64,000 bases of DNA from Mogibacterium sp. Its GTDB lineage: Bacteria; Bacillota; Clostridia; Peptostreptococcales; Anaerovoracaceae. The position numbers and the translations under genes were made by a program. The stretch lies in NCBI GenBank assembly GCA_017510505.1, contig JAFWNE010000023.1, forward strand, positions 21,213 through 85,212. Direction: 5' to 3'. Of this stretch, positions 17,937 to 26,941 are shown in pieces (within the stretch, counting starts at the first letter, position 1; each line of letters starts with the position of its first letter). The notes beneath the pieces are model-generated. The model ran no database searches. It was given only the letters and a program-made list of their open reading frames with translations, and was not told where the DNA came from.

Positions 17937-19018
17937 AGATCCAGTTCGATGGCGGATTCCGCCTCACTCTTAGGTTTGTGCATTATCTGTATGTTTTCAG
18001 GATCGACTTTCATGCCGATCTTCTCGCCCACGTCGTGCTGGTCGTAGTTCTGCAGCAGCCATTCGACCTTTCCGTGCTCGCTCTGAACCAGCATCTCGTA
18101 GTGTACGCCTATGAACAGCTTGGAAATGATGGTCCCGTTCCACTGTCCCTTGCCGTAAGGAACAATATCGATGTCCTCCGGCCTTATTACGACGTCGACC
18201 CTGCGGCGCGGCGGGAAGCCCTCTTCCTTACCGTCGATACACGGGTAATCGATGCCGTCTATGCGTACTACCTTCTCGTCCACCATCTGGCCGGACAGGA
18301 TGTTGCTGTCGCCGATAAAGTCGGCAACGAAAGCGTTGACCGGCTCATCGTAGATCTGCTGAGGGGTGCCCTCCTGCTGGATGTATCCCTCGTTCATGAC
18401 GACTACCTTATCGGACATCGTCAGAGCTTCTTCCTGGTCGTGAGTGATGTAAATGAACGTGATGCCAAGCTCTTTTTTGAGACGCACAAGCTCGTACTCC
18501 ATCTCCTGACGGAGCTTGAGATCGAGCGCGCCAAGCGGCTCGTCAAGGAGCAGTACTCTCGGCTCGTTCACGATGGCTCTTGCCATGGCTATCCTCTGCT
18601 GCTGACCGCCCGACAGCTGGTCTATGCGGCGGTTTTCGAATCCCTTAAGATTGACGAGCTTCAGAGCATTGGCCACTTTTTTCTTTATCTCTGCCTCCGG
18701 TCTGTTCTTGACCCTGAGGCTGAACGCTATGTTCTCTCCCACGCTCATGTGCGGGAAGAGCGCGTAATTCTGGAACACCGTGTTGACCGGTCTCTGGTTT
18801 GCCGGCATGTCCGTGATGTCCTTGCCTTCAAAGTAGACCCTGCCCTGGTCAGGCTTCTCGAATCCCGCGATTATACGCAGAGTAGTCGTTTTTCCGCAGC
18901 CCGAAGGACCCAGCAGCGTGACGAATTCGTTCTCGTCAACGCTGAGGTCTATGCCGTTCAGCACCATGGTGTCGTCAAAACTTTTGACTATTCCTTCAAG
19001 TCTTATCAGTTCGCCCAA
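17933..19018 (-). CDS. potA: Spermidine/putrescine ABC transporter ATP-binding protein
   Basis: 361 aa. It has Walker A GPSGCGKTT, signature LSGGQQQR, Walker B LLLDEP and a PotA-type C-terminal regulatory domain. The start codon appears to be TTG. Confidence 0.88.
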   Translation of the reverse strand: MGELIRLEGIVKSFDDTMVLNGIDLSVDENEFVTLLGPSGCGKTTTLRIIAGFEKPDQGRVYFEGKDITDMPANQRPVNTVFQNYALFPHMSVGENIAFSLRVKNRPEAEIKKKVANALKLVNLKGFENRRIDQLSGGQQQRIAMARAIVNEPRVLLLDEPLGALDLKLRQEMEYELVRLKKELGITFIYITHDQEEALTMSDKVVVMNEGYIQQEGTPQQIYDEPVNAFVADFIGDSNILSGQMVDEKVVRIDGIDYPCIDGKEEGFPPRRRVDVVIRPEDIDIVPYGKGQWNGTIISKLFIGVHYEMLVQSEHGKVEWLLQNYDQHDVGEKIGMKVDPENIQIMHKPKSEAESAIELDL

Positions 19019-19059
19019 TGAAGTTCCCTTTCTTTAAAACACCGTGTTACAGCCAATAC

Positions 19060-19956
19060 TTATTCCGCTTTCAGTCCGAGCTCTTCGAGCACCTCCAGAA
19101 CGGATTCCATCTGTGTGCCCTCGTTGAACTCGATCTTGCCCATGTCCGCCTCCTGCGAAAGCAATGGATCGATCGGAAGTCTCTCAAGAAGCTTGAGACC
19201 GTATTCAGCCGCGACTTCTTCAGCCTTGCTGGCTCCGAACATCTCTATCTTGCGTCCGCAGTCCGGGCATGTGATGTAGCTCATATTCTCTACGATACCG
19301 AGAACAGGTATGTTCATGAGTTTCGCCATCTTTACGGCCTTGCCGACTATCATGCTTACAAGGTCCTGAGGCGATGTGACGACGATGATGCCGTCCACAG
19401 GGAGCGACTGGAATACCGTCAGAGGTACGTCGCCTGTCCCAGGAGGCATATCGATGAAGAGGACGTCAAGATCCCCCCAGTATACGTCGGTCCAGAACTG
19501 CTCAACGACTCCGCCGATGACCGGTCCTCTCCAGACTACAGGGTCCGTCTCATTCTCTACAAGCAGGTTGATGGACATCATCTTGATATCCAGCGGTGTC
19601 TCCTCCGGAAGGATGCCGTAATCGCTTCCGTAAGCCTTGGTCTTTACGCCAAACATCTTAGGGATGGACGGACCTGTGATATCCGCGTCCATGATGCCTG
19701 TCTTAAAGCCGTTTCTTGTGGCAGCGATAGCTGAAAGCGCCGTTACCATTGACTTTCCTACTCCGCCCTTGCCCGAGACTACAGCTATGACTTTCTTTAC
19801 AGAGCTGTATGGGTTGAGCTCGGCCTTCTGTATCCCGCCGTCTCTCGACGCGCAGTCCGCTCCGCATGTGCTGCAGTCATGTGTGCAGTCCTCAGGAGCG
19901 GCTCCGCCCTCATGTCCGCCTTCGTGCATGCAGAAATTCCTGTACTTGTTGATCAT
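19060..19956 (-). CDS. Mrp/NBP35/ApbC-family Fe-S cluster carrier ATPase with a Cys/His-rich N-terminus
   Basis: 298 aa. It contains the deviant Walker A SGKGGVGKS, CPDCG, and an N-terminal CMHEGGHEGG...CTHDCSTCGADC. A good ribosome-binding site (ggagga) is present. Confidence 0.85.
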   Translation of the reverse strand: MINKYRNFCMHEGGHEGGAAPEDCTHDCSTCGADCASRDGGIQKAELNPYSSVKKVIAVVSGKGGVGKSMVTALSAIAATRNGFKTGIMDADITGPSIPKMFGVKTKAYGSDYGILPEETPLDIKMMSINLLVENETDPVVWRGPVIGGVVEQFWTDVYWGDLDVLFIDMPPGTGDVPLTVFQSLPVDGIIVVTSPQDLVSMIVGKAVKMAKLMNIPVLGIVENMSYITCPDCGRKIEMFGASKAEEVAAEYGLKLLERLPIDPLLSQEADMGKIEFNEGTQMESVLEVLEELGLKAE

Positions 19957-19981
19957 CTTATTTCCTCCGTTTGTATGTTTT

Positions 19982-20575
19982 TTACTCCCCGGCGAGTGTT
20001 TTCATCTCGCTCATCATGCCGCCGAAAACGGCATCCTGGAGCTGTTCATTATCCTTTATGTTTGCTATCCACTCTCCGTTGTCGAGAGGCTTTACGCAGA
20101 CAATGTCCACATCCTTGATGCTCTCCTTTTTATCGAGAGCGGCGAGTTTCGCGAAAAGCTCTTCGTAGAACCCGGTAAGCTCTTCATCTCCGGCCAGTGA
20201 ATCGCCGTGTTCTCTGAGATACTCTGTCCACTCCGCGAGGTAGGCCCTGCCGAAATCGTAGGTCTTTATCCTCACCGTGACAGTGGCCTGGTCGCCTCCT
20301 TCCTTCACTCCCGTCAGCTCATAGTCAAAGTCTCTCAGCTTTTTGAGGAATGTGTCGAAGTTGTCCTTTCCCTCATCGGAAAGCAGTTTCTCCATGTCAG
20401 ACACTTCGCTTCCGACCGACTCCGATGTCTTGAGAGCATCCAGTTCTTTGGCCACCTTCTTTTCAGGCTCGCTTTTGGCGGAGCAGCCGGCAGCGATCAG
20501 GACGCACAGCAAAAGAGCAATGACCGAAGCCGCGCGCTTCATCCTATTCAGTTTTGCTGTCCTTTTCTCTGTCAT
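19982..20575 (-). CDS. Putative lipoprotein of unknown function
   Basis: 197 aa. It has a signal peptide with lipobox LIAAGC. Its ATG overlaps the selB stop by 1 nt (TAATG). Confidence 0.6.
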   Translation of the reverse strand: MTEKRTAKLNRMKRAASVIALLLCVLIAAGCSAKSEPEKKVAKELDALKTSESVGSEVSDMEKLLSDEGKDNFDTFLKKLRDFDYELTGVKEGGDQATVTVRIKTYDFGRAYLAEWTEYLREHGDSLAGDEELTGFYEELFAKLAALDKKESIKDVDIVCVKPLDNGEWIANIKDNEQLQDAVFGGMMSEMKTLAGE

Positions 20576-22476
20576 TACTGTCTCTTGACCACTTTGCGAG
20601 TCTCACCGTCGAATACCGTTATGCCGGCTTTGTCCATTGCCGGCAGGAACTCTGCTGCGTACTTGCGCGAGGTCCCCAGCCTGTCCCTGTACTCCGCGAG
20701 CGTGAAGCCGCCTTCGAACGACCTTGCCGCTTCTACTGCCTTGTCCCAGGCTTCTTTTGCTATGTAGTACGAAGGATTGACCTTGTATATCTTCCCTTCG
20801 CCTTCGAGGTCCTCGAGTATGGCGCGGATTATCCTTCCGTCCTTATACAGCGCAAATACCTCATCATTTTTGAACATCTCTATGCCGGCGTTTTCATACA
20901 TTCCGGCGATCTTGTCCTTCAGCGCCTTCTGCTCTTCAGTGTACTCGATGCTGAAGCCGCTTATGGCTATGGACTTCCCCTTGTCTTCTATGACGCCCTG
21001 AGCCAGCATGTGCTTTACGAATGCCTGCACCAGCTTGTCATCTTCCGTGAACCATCTCTCCTTCAGTCTCGAGAGAAGTTCCTGGCGGGGTATGCCGTCT
21101 GCAAGAGGATTGTCCGCGTGGTAATCCTCGGCCATCCTGATCATGTCATCTTTAAGACGGGCCATCTTGACATCATTCACCAGCGTATCATCCGGCAGAA
21201 GTGTCAAAGTTGCTGCTCCGATGCCTTTTTCCGAAGCTGCCTTCATCTCTCCGTCCAGAAGTCCCAATTCGCGGGCCAGCTCCTTCTGTCTCACGAAGCG
21301 CCTTTCGCCTGTCTTGGCGTAGATGATCTCATCTGTAGTGCCCTTGGACAGCACTTCCATGCCGGCAAGCACTTCAGGCTTGTTCCTTTTATGCTTGGCA
21401 GGCTGAGCGTCCAGGATGCGGCCGCCTCCGACCGTGATTATAGGCGAGTAGAATCTTATGATGAACCTGTCGCCCCGCCTTACGGCCGCCGGCTCCTCGA
21501 GCCTCAGCTGCGCGTAGCATGTCTCTCCGGCAGAGATCGCGTCCCTGTCAAGAAGTATCACCTTGCACAGCACTTCGTCCGATCCGCAGTACAGGTGCAC
21601 CCTGCTGTTGTTGAGGACCACCCTGTCGGTCGAGCTGAATATGCTGATCTCGGCGTCTATCATGTTGGTGACTGTGACAGCGTCCGGATATGCTATCACA
21701 TCACCCCTGTCTATGTCTTCCTTGGCGATGCCGGACAGGTTTATCGCCGTCCTCTGCCCCGCCACGGCTGTGTCCGTGTCTTTTCCGTAGGTCTGTATGC
21801 CTCTGACCTTAGCCTTAGTGCCCTTAGGATATATGATCACATCGTCTCCGACCTTCACGTTGCCGTCCATCAGGGTCCCCGTTACGACGGTGCCGAAGCC
21901 CTGCATCGTGAACACCCTGTCCACCGGCAGTCTGAAGAGTTCTTTCTCCTCGCGGCGCTTGTTTTCCCTTTCGCATTTGGCTATGATCTCGGCCTTTAAT
22001 TCCTCAAGTCCTTCGCCTGTCACTCCGCTTACCGGGATGACCGGCTTTCCCTCAAGAAATGAGCCCTTGAAGTAATCGTCGACTTCTTCAAGCAGCATCT
22101 CGAGCCAGTCTTCCTCTACCATGTCTTTCTTGGTCACGGCGATTATGCCGTCGTCTATGCCGAGGGACTGGAGTATCTCAAAGTGCTCCCTTGTCTGAGG
22201 CATTATACCTTCATCGGCAGCCACTACGAAAAGCACGAAGTCTATGCCGCCAATGCCCGCAAGCATGTGCTTTATGAATTTCTCATGCCCAGGAACATCG
22301 ATGACTCCGATGTTGTATCCGGCATCGTTAGGTATGTGGGCAAAGCCCAGTTCTATGGTGATGCCGCGCTTTTTTTCTTCTTCGAGCCTGTCGGTGTTGA
22401 TGCCGGAGAGAGCCTTTATGAGCGTTGTCTTTCCGTGGTCGACATGACCGGCCGTGCCGATGATTATGTTCTTCAT
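20575..22476 (-). CDS. selB: Selenocysteine-specific translation elongation factor
   Basis: 633 aa. It has an N-terminal GTPase (GTAGHVDHGKTTL, DVPGHEKF) and a long winged-helix C-terminal extension. It overlaps the selA stop. Confidence 0.9.
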   Translation of the reverse strand: MKNIIIGTAGHVDHGKTTLIKALSGINTDRLEEEKKRGITIELGFAHIPNDAGYNIGVIDVPGHEKFIKHMLAGIGGIDFVLFVVAADEGIMPQTREHFEILQSLGIDDGIIAVTKKDMVEEDWLEMLLEEVDDYFKGSFLEGKPVIPVSGVTGEGLEELKAEIIAKCERENKRREEKELFRLPVDRVFTMQGFGTVVTGTLMDGNVKVGDDVIIYPKGTKAKVRGIQTYGKDTDTAVAGQRTAINLSGIAKEDIDRGDVIAYPDAVTVTNMIDAEISIFSSTDRVVLNNSRVHLYCGSDEVLCKVILLDRDAISAGETCYAQLRLEEPAAVRRGDRFIIRFYSPIITVGGGRILDAQPAKHKRNKPEVLAGMEVLSKGTTDEIIYAKTGERRFVRQKELARELGLLDGEMKAASEKGIGAATLTLLPDDTLVNDVKMARLKDDMIRMAEDYHADNPLADGIPRQELLSRLKERWFTEDDKLVQAFVKHMLAQGVIEDKGKSIAISGFSIEYTEEQKALKDKIAGMYENAGIEMFKNDEVFALYKDGRIIRAILEDLEGEGKIYKVNPSYYIAKEAWDKAVEAARSFEGGFTLAEYRDRLGTSRKYAAEFLPAMDKAGITVFDGETRKVVKRQ

Positions 22477-23930
22477 TTTCTGAGTGCCTCTGCGACAGTC
22501 TCAAGCTCGTCTTCCGCTATGGTGCGAACGCAGAGAAGCAGCCTGTCTTCGTTAATGCGTGCCACCACAGGTACCTCCGCCTTGCGGAGTTTTCTCTCGG
22601 TCCTGTCGGCTGACTTCATGCCGTCCTTTACCGAGACTGCCCATCCCGGAAGCCTCACCATAGGGGCCGATCCGCCTCCTATCTGGTCCTCTACCGGCAC
22701 GAGCTCGAGTGATAGAGCCGGATTCACCCTCTTGATGGCGTCCGCGAGTCTCTCCGCCTTTGCTCTTATTTCTTCGCCTGATGCGGAGATCATGTTGAGC
22801 ACCGGGATATCCCTCAGGGCCACTTTAGGGTCTCTGTATTTCATGAGCGTCGCTTCGAGAGCGGCAAAGGTCATCTTGTCTACCCTCATAGCCCTCGCGA
22901 GCGGATGCTTCTTCATTGCTTTGATGTATTTCTTTTTGCCTACTATGATGCCCGCCTGCGGACCTCCCAATAGTTTGTCGCCGGAAAAGAGCATCACGTC
23001 GATGCCTGTCGCCAGTGAAGCCGGGATGTTAGGCTCATTGAGTCCGTATGCCGACATGTCCAGCATAAGGCCGTTCCCCATGTCAAAGATGACCGGAAGA
23101 TCGTACTTTTTGCCTATCTCCACAAGTTCCTCAAGGCTCGCTTCTTCTGTGAAGCCGACTATGTCGTAGTTGGACTTGTGCACTTTCATGAGGGCGCCTG
23201 TCTCAAAGCGCATGCCGCCCCTCGGATCCATGTCGAACATGGCTTCTTCAGCCTGCTGTTTGGTGATTATGGCGTTCTCGTAGTCCGATGCCTTTGTCTT
23301 GTTGCTGGTGCCTACCTCCTGAAGGTATGCTCCCGACTGCATCATGATGTCAGGGATCCTGAAGGCTCCGCCTATCTCGACCAGTTCGCCCCTGGATACC
23401 ACTATCTCCTTGCCGGCGCCTATCGTGGCAAGGACAATCATCGTGGCGGCCGCGTTGTTGTTGACCACCATCGCGTCTTCCGCACCCGTAAGCTCTGCTA
23501 TAAGCTCGCTCACAAGATCGTGGCGCGAGCCGCGCTTGCCCTTAGGCACGTTATATTCAAGGTCGGAATAGCCTCTCGATACTCTCGCTACGTTCTCGAC
23601 GGCGTCCCTGCAAAGAGGCGCTCTTCCGAGGTTAGTGTGGAGTATTGTGCCGGTCGCGTTGATCAGAGGATAGAGATTGAGCTCTTCATCGCGCAGGACT
23701 TTCGCCTCCGCTGCCTCTGCAACGGCTTCGATCTCAAGCGCTGACGCGTCGAATTCCTCTGCCTTTTTGTCGCTGAGATCCAGTATGGAAGCTCTCAGTC
23801 CGGCTATCACCGCGCGAACGGCCTCAGTGACCATAAGGTCGCCTTTCTCTTCTGACAATACAACAAGAGACTCCTGCTTAAGCACCTCATCGATCTTAGG
23901 GAGTCCTCTCAGTAATTCTTTCTTTGTCAT
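22473..23930 (-). CDS. selA: L-seryl-tRNA(Sec) selenium transferase
   Basis: It contains LINATGTILHTNLGRAP and the PLP-lysine region FSGDKLLGGPQAG. I prefer the ATG at 23930 (GGAGG 9 nt upstream) because the ORF-track start at 23951 sits only 2 nt past the tRNA-Sec 3' end. Confidence 0.9.
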   Translation of the reverse strand: MTKKELLRGLPKIDEVLKQESLVVLSEEKGDLMVTEAVRAVIAGLRASILDLSDKKAEEFDASALEIEAVAEAAEAKVLRDEELNLYPLINATGTILHTNLGRAPLCRDAVENVARVSRGYSDLEYNVPKGKRGSRHDLVSELIAELTGAEDAMVVNNNAAATMIVLATIGAGKEIVVSRGELVEIGGAFRIPDIMMQSGAYLQEVGTSNKTKASDYENAIITKQQAEEAMFDMDPRGGMRFETGALMKVHKSNYDIVGFTEEASLEELVEIGKKYDLPVIFDMGNGLMLDMSAYGLNEPNIPASLATGIDVMLFSGDKLLGGPQAGIIVGKKKYIKAMKKHPLARAMRVDKMTFAALEATLMKYRDPKVALRDIPVLNMISASGEEIRAKAERLADAIKRVNPALSLELVPVEDQIGGGSAPMVRLPGWAVSVKDGMKSADRTERKLRKAEVPVVARINEDRLLLCVRTIAEDELETVAEALRK

Positions 23931-23953
23931 GGCATCGACCTCCGTAATCATTT

Positions 23954-24051
23954 TGGCGGGAGTACGTGGGAATCGAACCCACCCGGGAGGCTTCTAACCC
24001 CCTGCAAACGGTTTTGAAGACCGCGAGGCACACCAGCACCTATCTACCCCC
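23954..24051 (-). tRNA. selC: tRNA-Sec (TCA)
   Basis: 98 nt. The reverse complement is gggggtagataggtgctggtgtgcctcgcggtcttcaaaaccgtttgcagggggttagaagcctcccgggtgggttcgattcccacgtactcccgcca. The anticodon loop is CUUCAAA, and it has a long variable arm and an extended acceptor stem. It lies directly upstream of selA. Confidence 0.88.
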
Positions 24052-24099
24052 AGGTCGCGGTACAAGCAGCACAAAACAAGTGCTGACCGCACTCAAAAA

Positions 24100-24128
24100 A
24101 TTATACTAAAAAAGCGCCGCCCATTCAA
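24100..24128 (-). promoter_or_regulatory. SigA-type promoter for selC-selA-selB: TTGAAT, 17 nt spacer, TATAAT
   Basis: The minus strand reads TTGAATgggcggcgcttttttagTATAAT. The -35 element and spacer lie inside the cysE terminator hairpin and its T-tract. Confidence 0.6.
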
Positions 24129-24141
24129 CAGTGCGGCGCTT
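24106..24141 (-). terminator. Intrinsic terminator after cysE
   Basis: The minus strand reads aagcgccgc-actgttgaatgg-gcggcgctt followed by TTTTTT, about 15 nt after the cysE stop. Confidence 0.7.
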
Positions 24142-24155
24142 GTTTTTGCATAGGT

Positions 24156-25058
24156 TCAGATGAACCACTCTATGCTTTCCTCAAGCAGTTTTCTGTCCTT
24201 GGATCTGTGCTGTCCGCAGGCGTTGGTAACGATGGTCTCACCAGGTTCCAGCGACTGTGTCAGCCAGACGTTGCCGCCAACCACGCAGTCGTCTCCTATC
24301 TTTGTGTCACCGCCGAGTATGGTCGCTCCGGCATAGATGATGACATTGTTGCCTATGTCAGGGTGACGCTTTACTCCCTTTACAGGAGTGCCGGACTCTG
24401 TAAGAGCAAAGCTCTTGGCCCCGAGCGTCACGTGCTGGTATATCTTCACATGCTCGCCTATGGTGGTGGTCTCGCCTATTACCACACCCGTGCCGTGGTC
24501 TATGAAGAAGTATCTTCCGATCTTAGCGCCCGGATGTATGTCGATACCCGTTGTCTGATGAGCCAGCTCCGTCATGATTCTCGGGATCATAGGGATCTCC
24601 ATCTCATACAGCTTATGGGCTATCCTGTAGATCGCTATCGCGTAGAATGCCGGATAAGTGATGATGACTTCATCCATGCTCTTTGCGGCAGGGTCGCCTT
24701 CATAGCCCGCCTGGATATCGGTCTTTAGGATCTCGAGTATCCCGGGTAAGGCGTCTATGATCTCATTCACCTTTTCCGCGGCCTCTTCATGATCATCCAC
24801 GACCAGCTCAAGGCACTGATCCAGCGCGTCATAAGCCTGCATCAGCTCATATGTCCTCTTCTCCGTCTCGACGAATCTTGCGCGCGACTTCCCGAAGTGA
24901 TACGGGAACATCGCCCTTAACAGATGATCTATGGCTTCAGCGACCTTCTGCTTCATTCCGAGAAGCGACCCGTCGTTTGGCCTTGTATCTATCTCCGTCA
25001 TCTTATATGCAAGGTCTTCCAAATGTCCCGCAACAGCGCCCTTCTTTTTGATTGTCAT
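24156..25058 (-). CDS. cysE: Serine O-acetyltransferase (long form with an N-terminal helical domain)
   Basis: 300 aa. It has left-handed beta-helix hexapeptide repeats (GIDIHPGAKIG, GVVIGETTTIGEHVKIYQHVTLG, IGNNVIIYAGATILGG). Confidence 0.85.
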   Translation of the reverse strand: MTIKKKGAVAGHLEDLAYKMTEIDTRPNDGSLLGMKQKVAEAIDHLLRAMFPYHFGKSRARFVETEKRTYELMQAYDALDQCLELVVDDHEEAAEKVNEIIDALPGILEILKTDIQAGYEGDPAAKSMDEVIITYPAFYAIAIYRIAHKLYEMEIPMIPRIMTELAHQTTGIDIHPGAKIGRYFFIDHGTGVVIGETTTIGEHVKIYQHVTLGAKSFALTESGTPVKGVKRHPDIGNNVIIYAGATILGGDTKIGDDCVVGGNVWLTQSLEPGETIVTNACGQHRSKDRKLLEESIEWFI

Positions 25059-25067
25059 ATTGATCTC

Positions 25068-25643
25068 CTAAAGTCCTATCTCATCCGCGATACCTCTCAT
25101 CGCCTCGAGAGATACATCCACGAAGGTGTCCCAATCCATTCCCGTTTTTTCGATGAGGCTCATGTACTGCCTGTTGGCTCCCGCCGCAAAGCGTGTCTCC
25201 TTGAACCTCTTATTGACTGATTTATGCTTGACGCTCGCGATCTTCTTGTCCGGATAAATCTGGGCGATAGCCTTCAGAAATCCCGACATAGGATCTGCCG
25301 CTATGATAGCATATTCCAGAGTCGTCTCAGGGTTCTTGCCGCATATAGGATTGTGCGACATGATCGCGTTCTCCATCACAGGATCACCGAATCCTTCGTC
25401 CTGAAGGATCTTCGCGGAAGTCGGTCCATGAGTCGCCATGTCCTCTCTCCACGGGCATGTCTCTTCATCCAGATCATGCAGCAGTCCGACGATTCCCCAG
25501 TATTCGACATCTTCCGGTGCCAGTTTCTCTGCGAGTCCTCTCATAATAGCCTCGACCGCGTAGCAGTGAGTTATGTAGTTTTCGCCTTTGACGTACTTGT
25601 GCAGCAGTTCGTTAGCCTGCTCTCTAGTGAGTTTTGCTTCCAT
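25068..25643 (-). CDS. HD-domain (HDIG-type) metal-dependent phosphohydrolase
   Basis: 191 aa. It contains H...HD (ITHCYAVE...GLLHDLD) and later His/Asp ligands. Confidence 0.7.
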   Translation of the reverse strand: MEAKLTREQANELLHKYVKGENYITHCYAVEAIMRGLAEKLAPEDVEYWGIVGLLHDLDEETCPWREDMATHGPTSAKILQDEGFGDPVMENAIMSHNPICGKNPETTLEYAIIAADPMSGFLKAIAQIYPDKKIASVKHKSVNKRFKETRFAAGANRQYMSLIEKTGMDWDTFVDVSLEAMRGIADEIGL

Positions 25644-25678
25644 TTGGGGTTATTATCTCCTTTACCGTATAGTGCTTT

Positions 25679-26494
25679 TTATATATCTATCGCAAGGTCG
25701 ACGACCCTGGCGAATACATCCTTTGCCTTCATGGCAGCTTCTGTGACCTCTGCGCCTGAGAGCGGCTGGTCCAGAACTCCGGCAGCCATGTTGGTCATCA
25801 AAGAGATGCCGATTATCTCGCGTTTGGCATGATTGGCGATTATGGCCTCAGGAACTGTCGACATTCCGGCCGCGTCGCCTCCGATGGTCCTTGCATACCT
25901 TATTTCAGCCGGAGTCTCAAAGCTCGGGCCGCTGAACATGGTATATACGCCCTCGCGGAGCTTAATTCCTTCAGCTGCGGTCGCCTTCTTCAGCTTTTCC
26001 CTGAGATCCTTGTCATATGTATATGTCATGTCAGGGAATCTGACGCCGAAATCGTCCAGATTATCGCCTATAAGAGGGTTGCTTCCCGATAAATTGATAT
26101 GGTCGCTGATCAGCATCAGATCTCCGACGTTCCAGTCCTTATTGACGCAGCCAGCGGCATTGGTGATTATGAAGCGCTTTACGCCCAGCCCGACCAATAC
26201 TCTCGCGGGATACGCGGTTTTCTGCATGTCGCCGCTCTCATAGTAGTGGAAGCGGCCTGCCAGCATCACTATCTTCTTGCCCTTATATGTGCCAAAGACC
26301 AGCTGGCTTCTGTGGTCTGAGACCTTGCCGGACTGCATGTTCGGGATGTCGTTGTATGAGAAGATCACGGGATCGGACATCCTGTCCGCGAAATCGTTAA
26401 GGCCTGATCCGAGTATGATGCCTATCTCCGGATCCTTAACACCGTTCTCATTCAGAAATGCGACAGTCTCTTTTATCTTTTCCCTGAGTTCCAT
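25679..26494 (-). CDS. punA: Purine nucleoside phosphorylase (trimeric PNP family)
   Basis: 271 aa. It contains GIILGSGL, GRFHYYE, NAAG and GPSFETPAE...GADAVGMSTVPE-like motifs. Confidence 0.88.
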   Translation of the reverse strand: MELREKIKETVAFLNENGVKDPEIGIILGSGLNDFADRMSDPVIFSYNDIPNMQSGKVSDHRSQLVFGTYKGKKIVMLAGRFHYYESGDMQKTAYPARVLVGLGVKRFIITNAAGCVNKDWNVGDLMLISDHINLSGSNPLIGDNLDDFGVRFPDMTYTYDKDLREKLKKATAAEGIKLREGVYTMFSGPSFETPAEIRYARTIGGDAAGMSTVPEAIIANHAKREIIGISLMTNMAAGVLDQPLSGAEVTEAAMKAKDVFARVVDLAIDI

Positions 26495-26506
26495 GATGTA
26501 CCCCCG

Positions 26507-26941
26507 TCAGATAAGCTCCGAAATGAGCTTTCTCGCCTCGGATATGCTTATGCCCTGCTCTTTCGCGACACGGGCAAGGTCTTCATATTCGGCCTTGCTT
26601 CTTTTTACTCCGTATCCGCTGACTTCCTTGATCCTTACAGGTCCGTACGGAGTGTCCAGAGTCCTTTCGCTCCTTTCAAGGATATGCCTTTCAGATATGA
26701 GCTCGCGTATGCCTATCGTTGTAGTGTATTTGAAGATGAGCCCGATGAAACGCTCCTTCTCAGCCTCTTCATCGGCGCACATCACAGTCAGCAGAGTGGC
26801 AGGACGCCCCTTCTTCATCCCTATAGGGGCAAGAGTCACGTCCCTGGCTCCCTCTTCCATCAGCCTTTCAGCCGCGAAAGCAAGTTCCTCCGCCGTCATG
26901 TCATCAATATTGCATTCGAATTCGCAGATCCTGTCCTTCAT
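26507..26941 (-). CDS. Stand-alone LarC C-terminal-domain protein (DUF111 C-terminal / LarC2-like)
   Basis: 144 aa. It contains NIDDMTAEELAFAAERLMEEGARDV...MKKGRPATLLTV...TTIGIRE...V..PYG.VRIK, as in the C-terminal third of nickel-insertion protein LarC. No N-terminal LarC portion can exist upstream because the udk stop abuts its start codon. Confidence 0.6.
   Translation of the reverse strand: MKDRICEFECNIDDMTAEELAFAAERLMEEGARDVTLAPIGMKKGRPATLLTVMCADEEAEKERFIGLIFKYTTTIGIRELISERHILERSERTLDTPYGPVRIKEVSGYGVKRSKAEYEDLARVAKEQGISISEARKLISELI

Noticed and set aside
9243-21999. Many long plus-strand ORFs (for example 9243-10277, 11964-13142, 13311-14393, 17978-19021, 20554-21999; also 31694-32749 plus-strand and 41351-42496 minus-strand)
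   Set aside because: Each lies antisense to a gene whose product shows unmistakable conserved motifs (glyA, valS, potA, selB, hom, DUF1015). Their translations are low-complexity or Cys/Arg/Val/His-rich, with no recognisable motifs. They are shadow ORFs.
26507-26941. The LarC fragment as a pseudogene remnant
   Set aside because: It has its own ATG immediately after the udk stop and an intact frame to a stop. No upstream LarC-like remnant is possible because udk fills that space. I treat it as a stand-alone domain gene, although expression is unverified.
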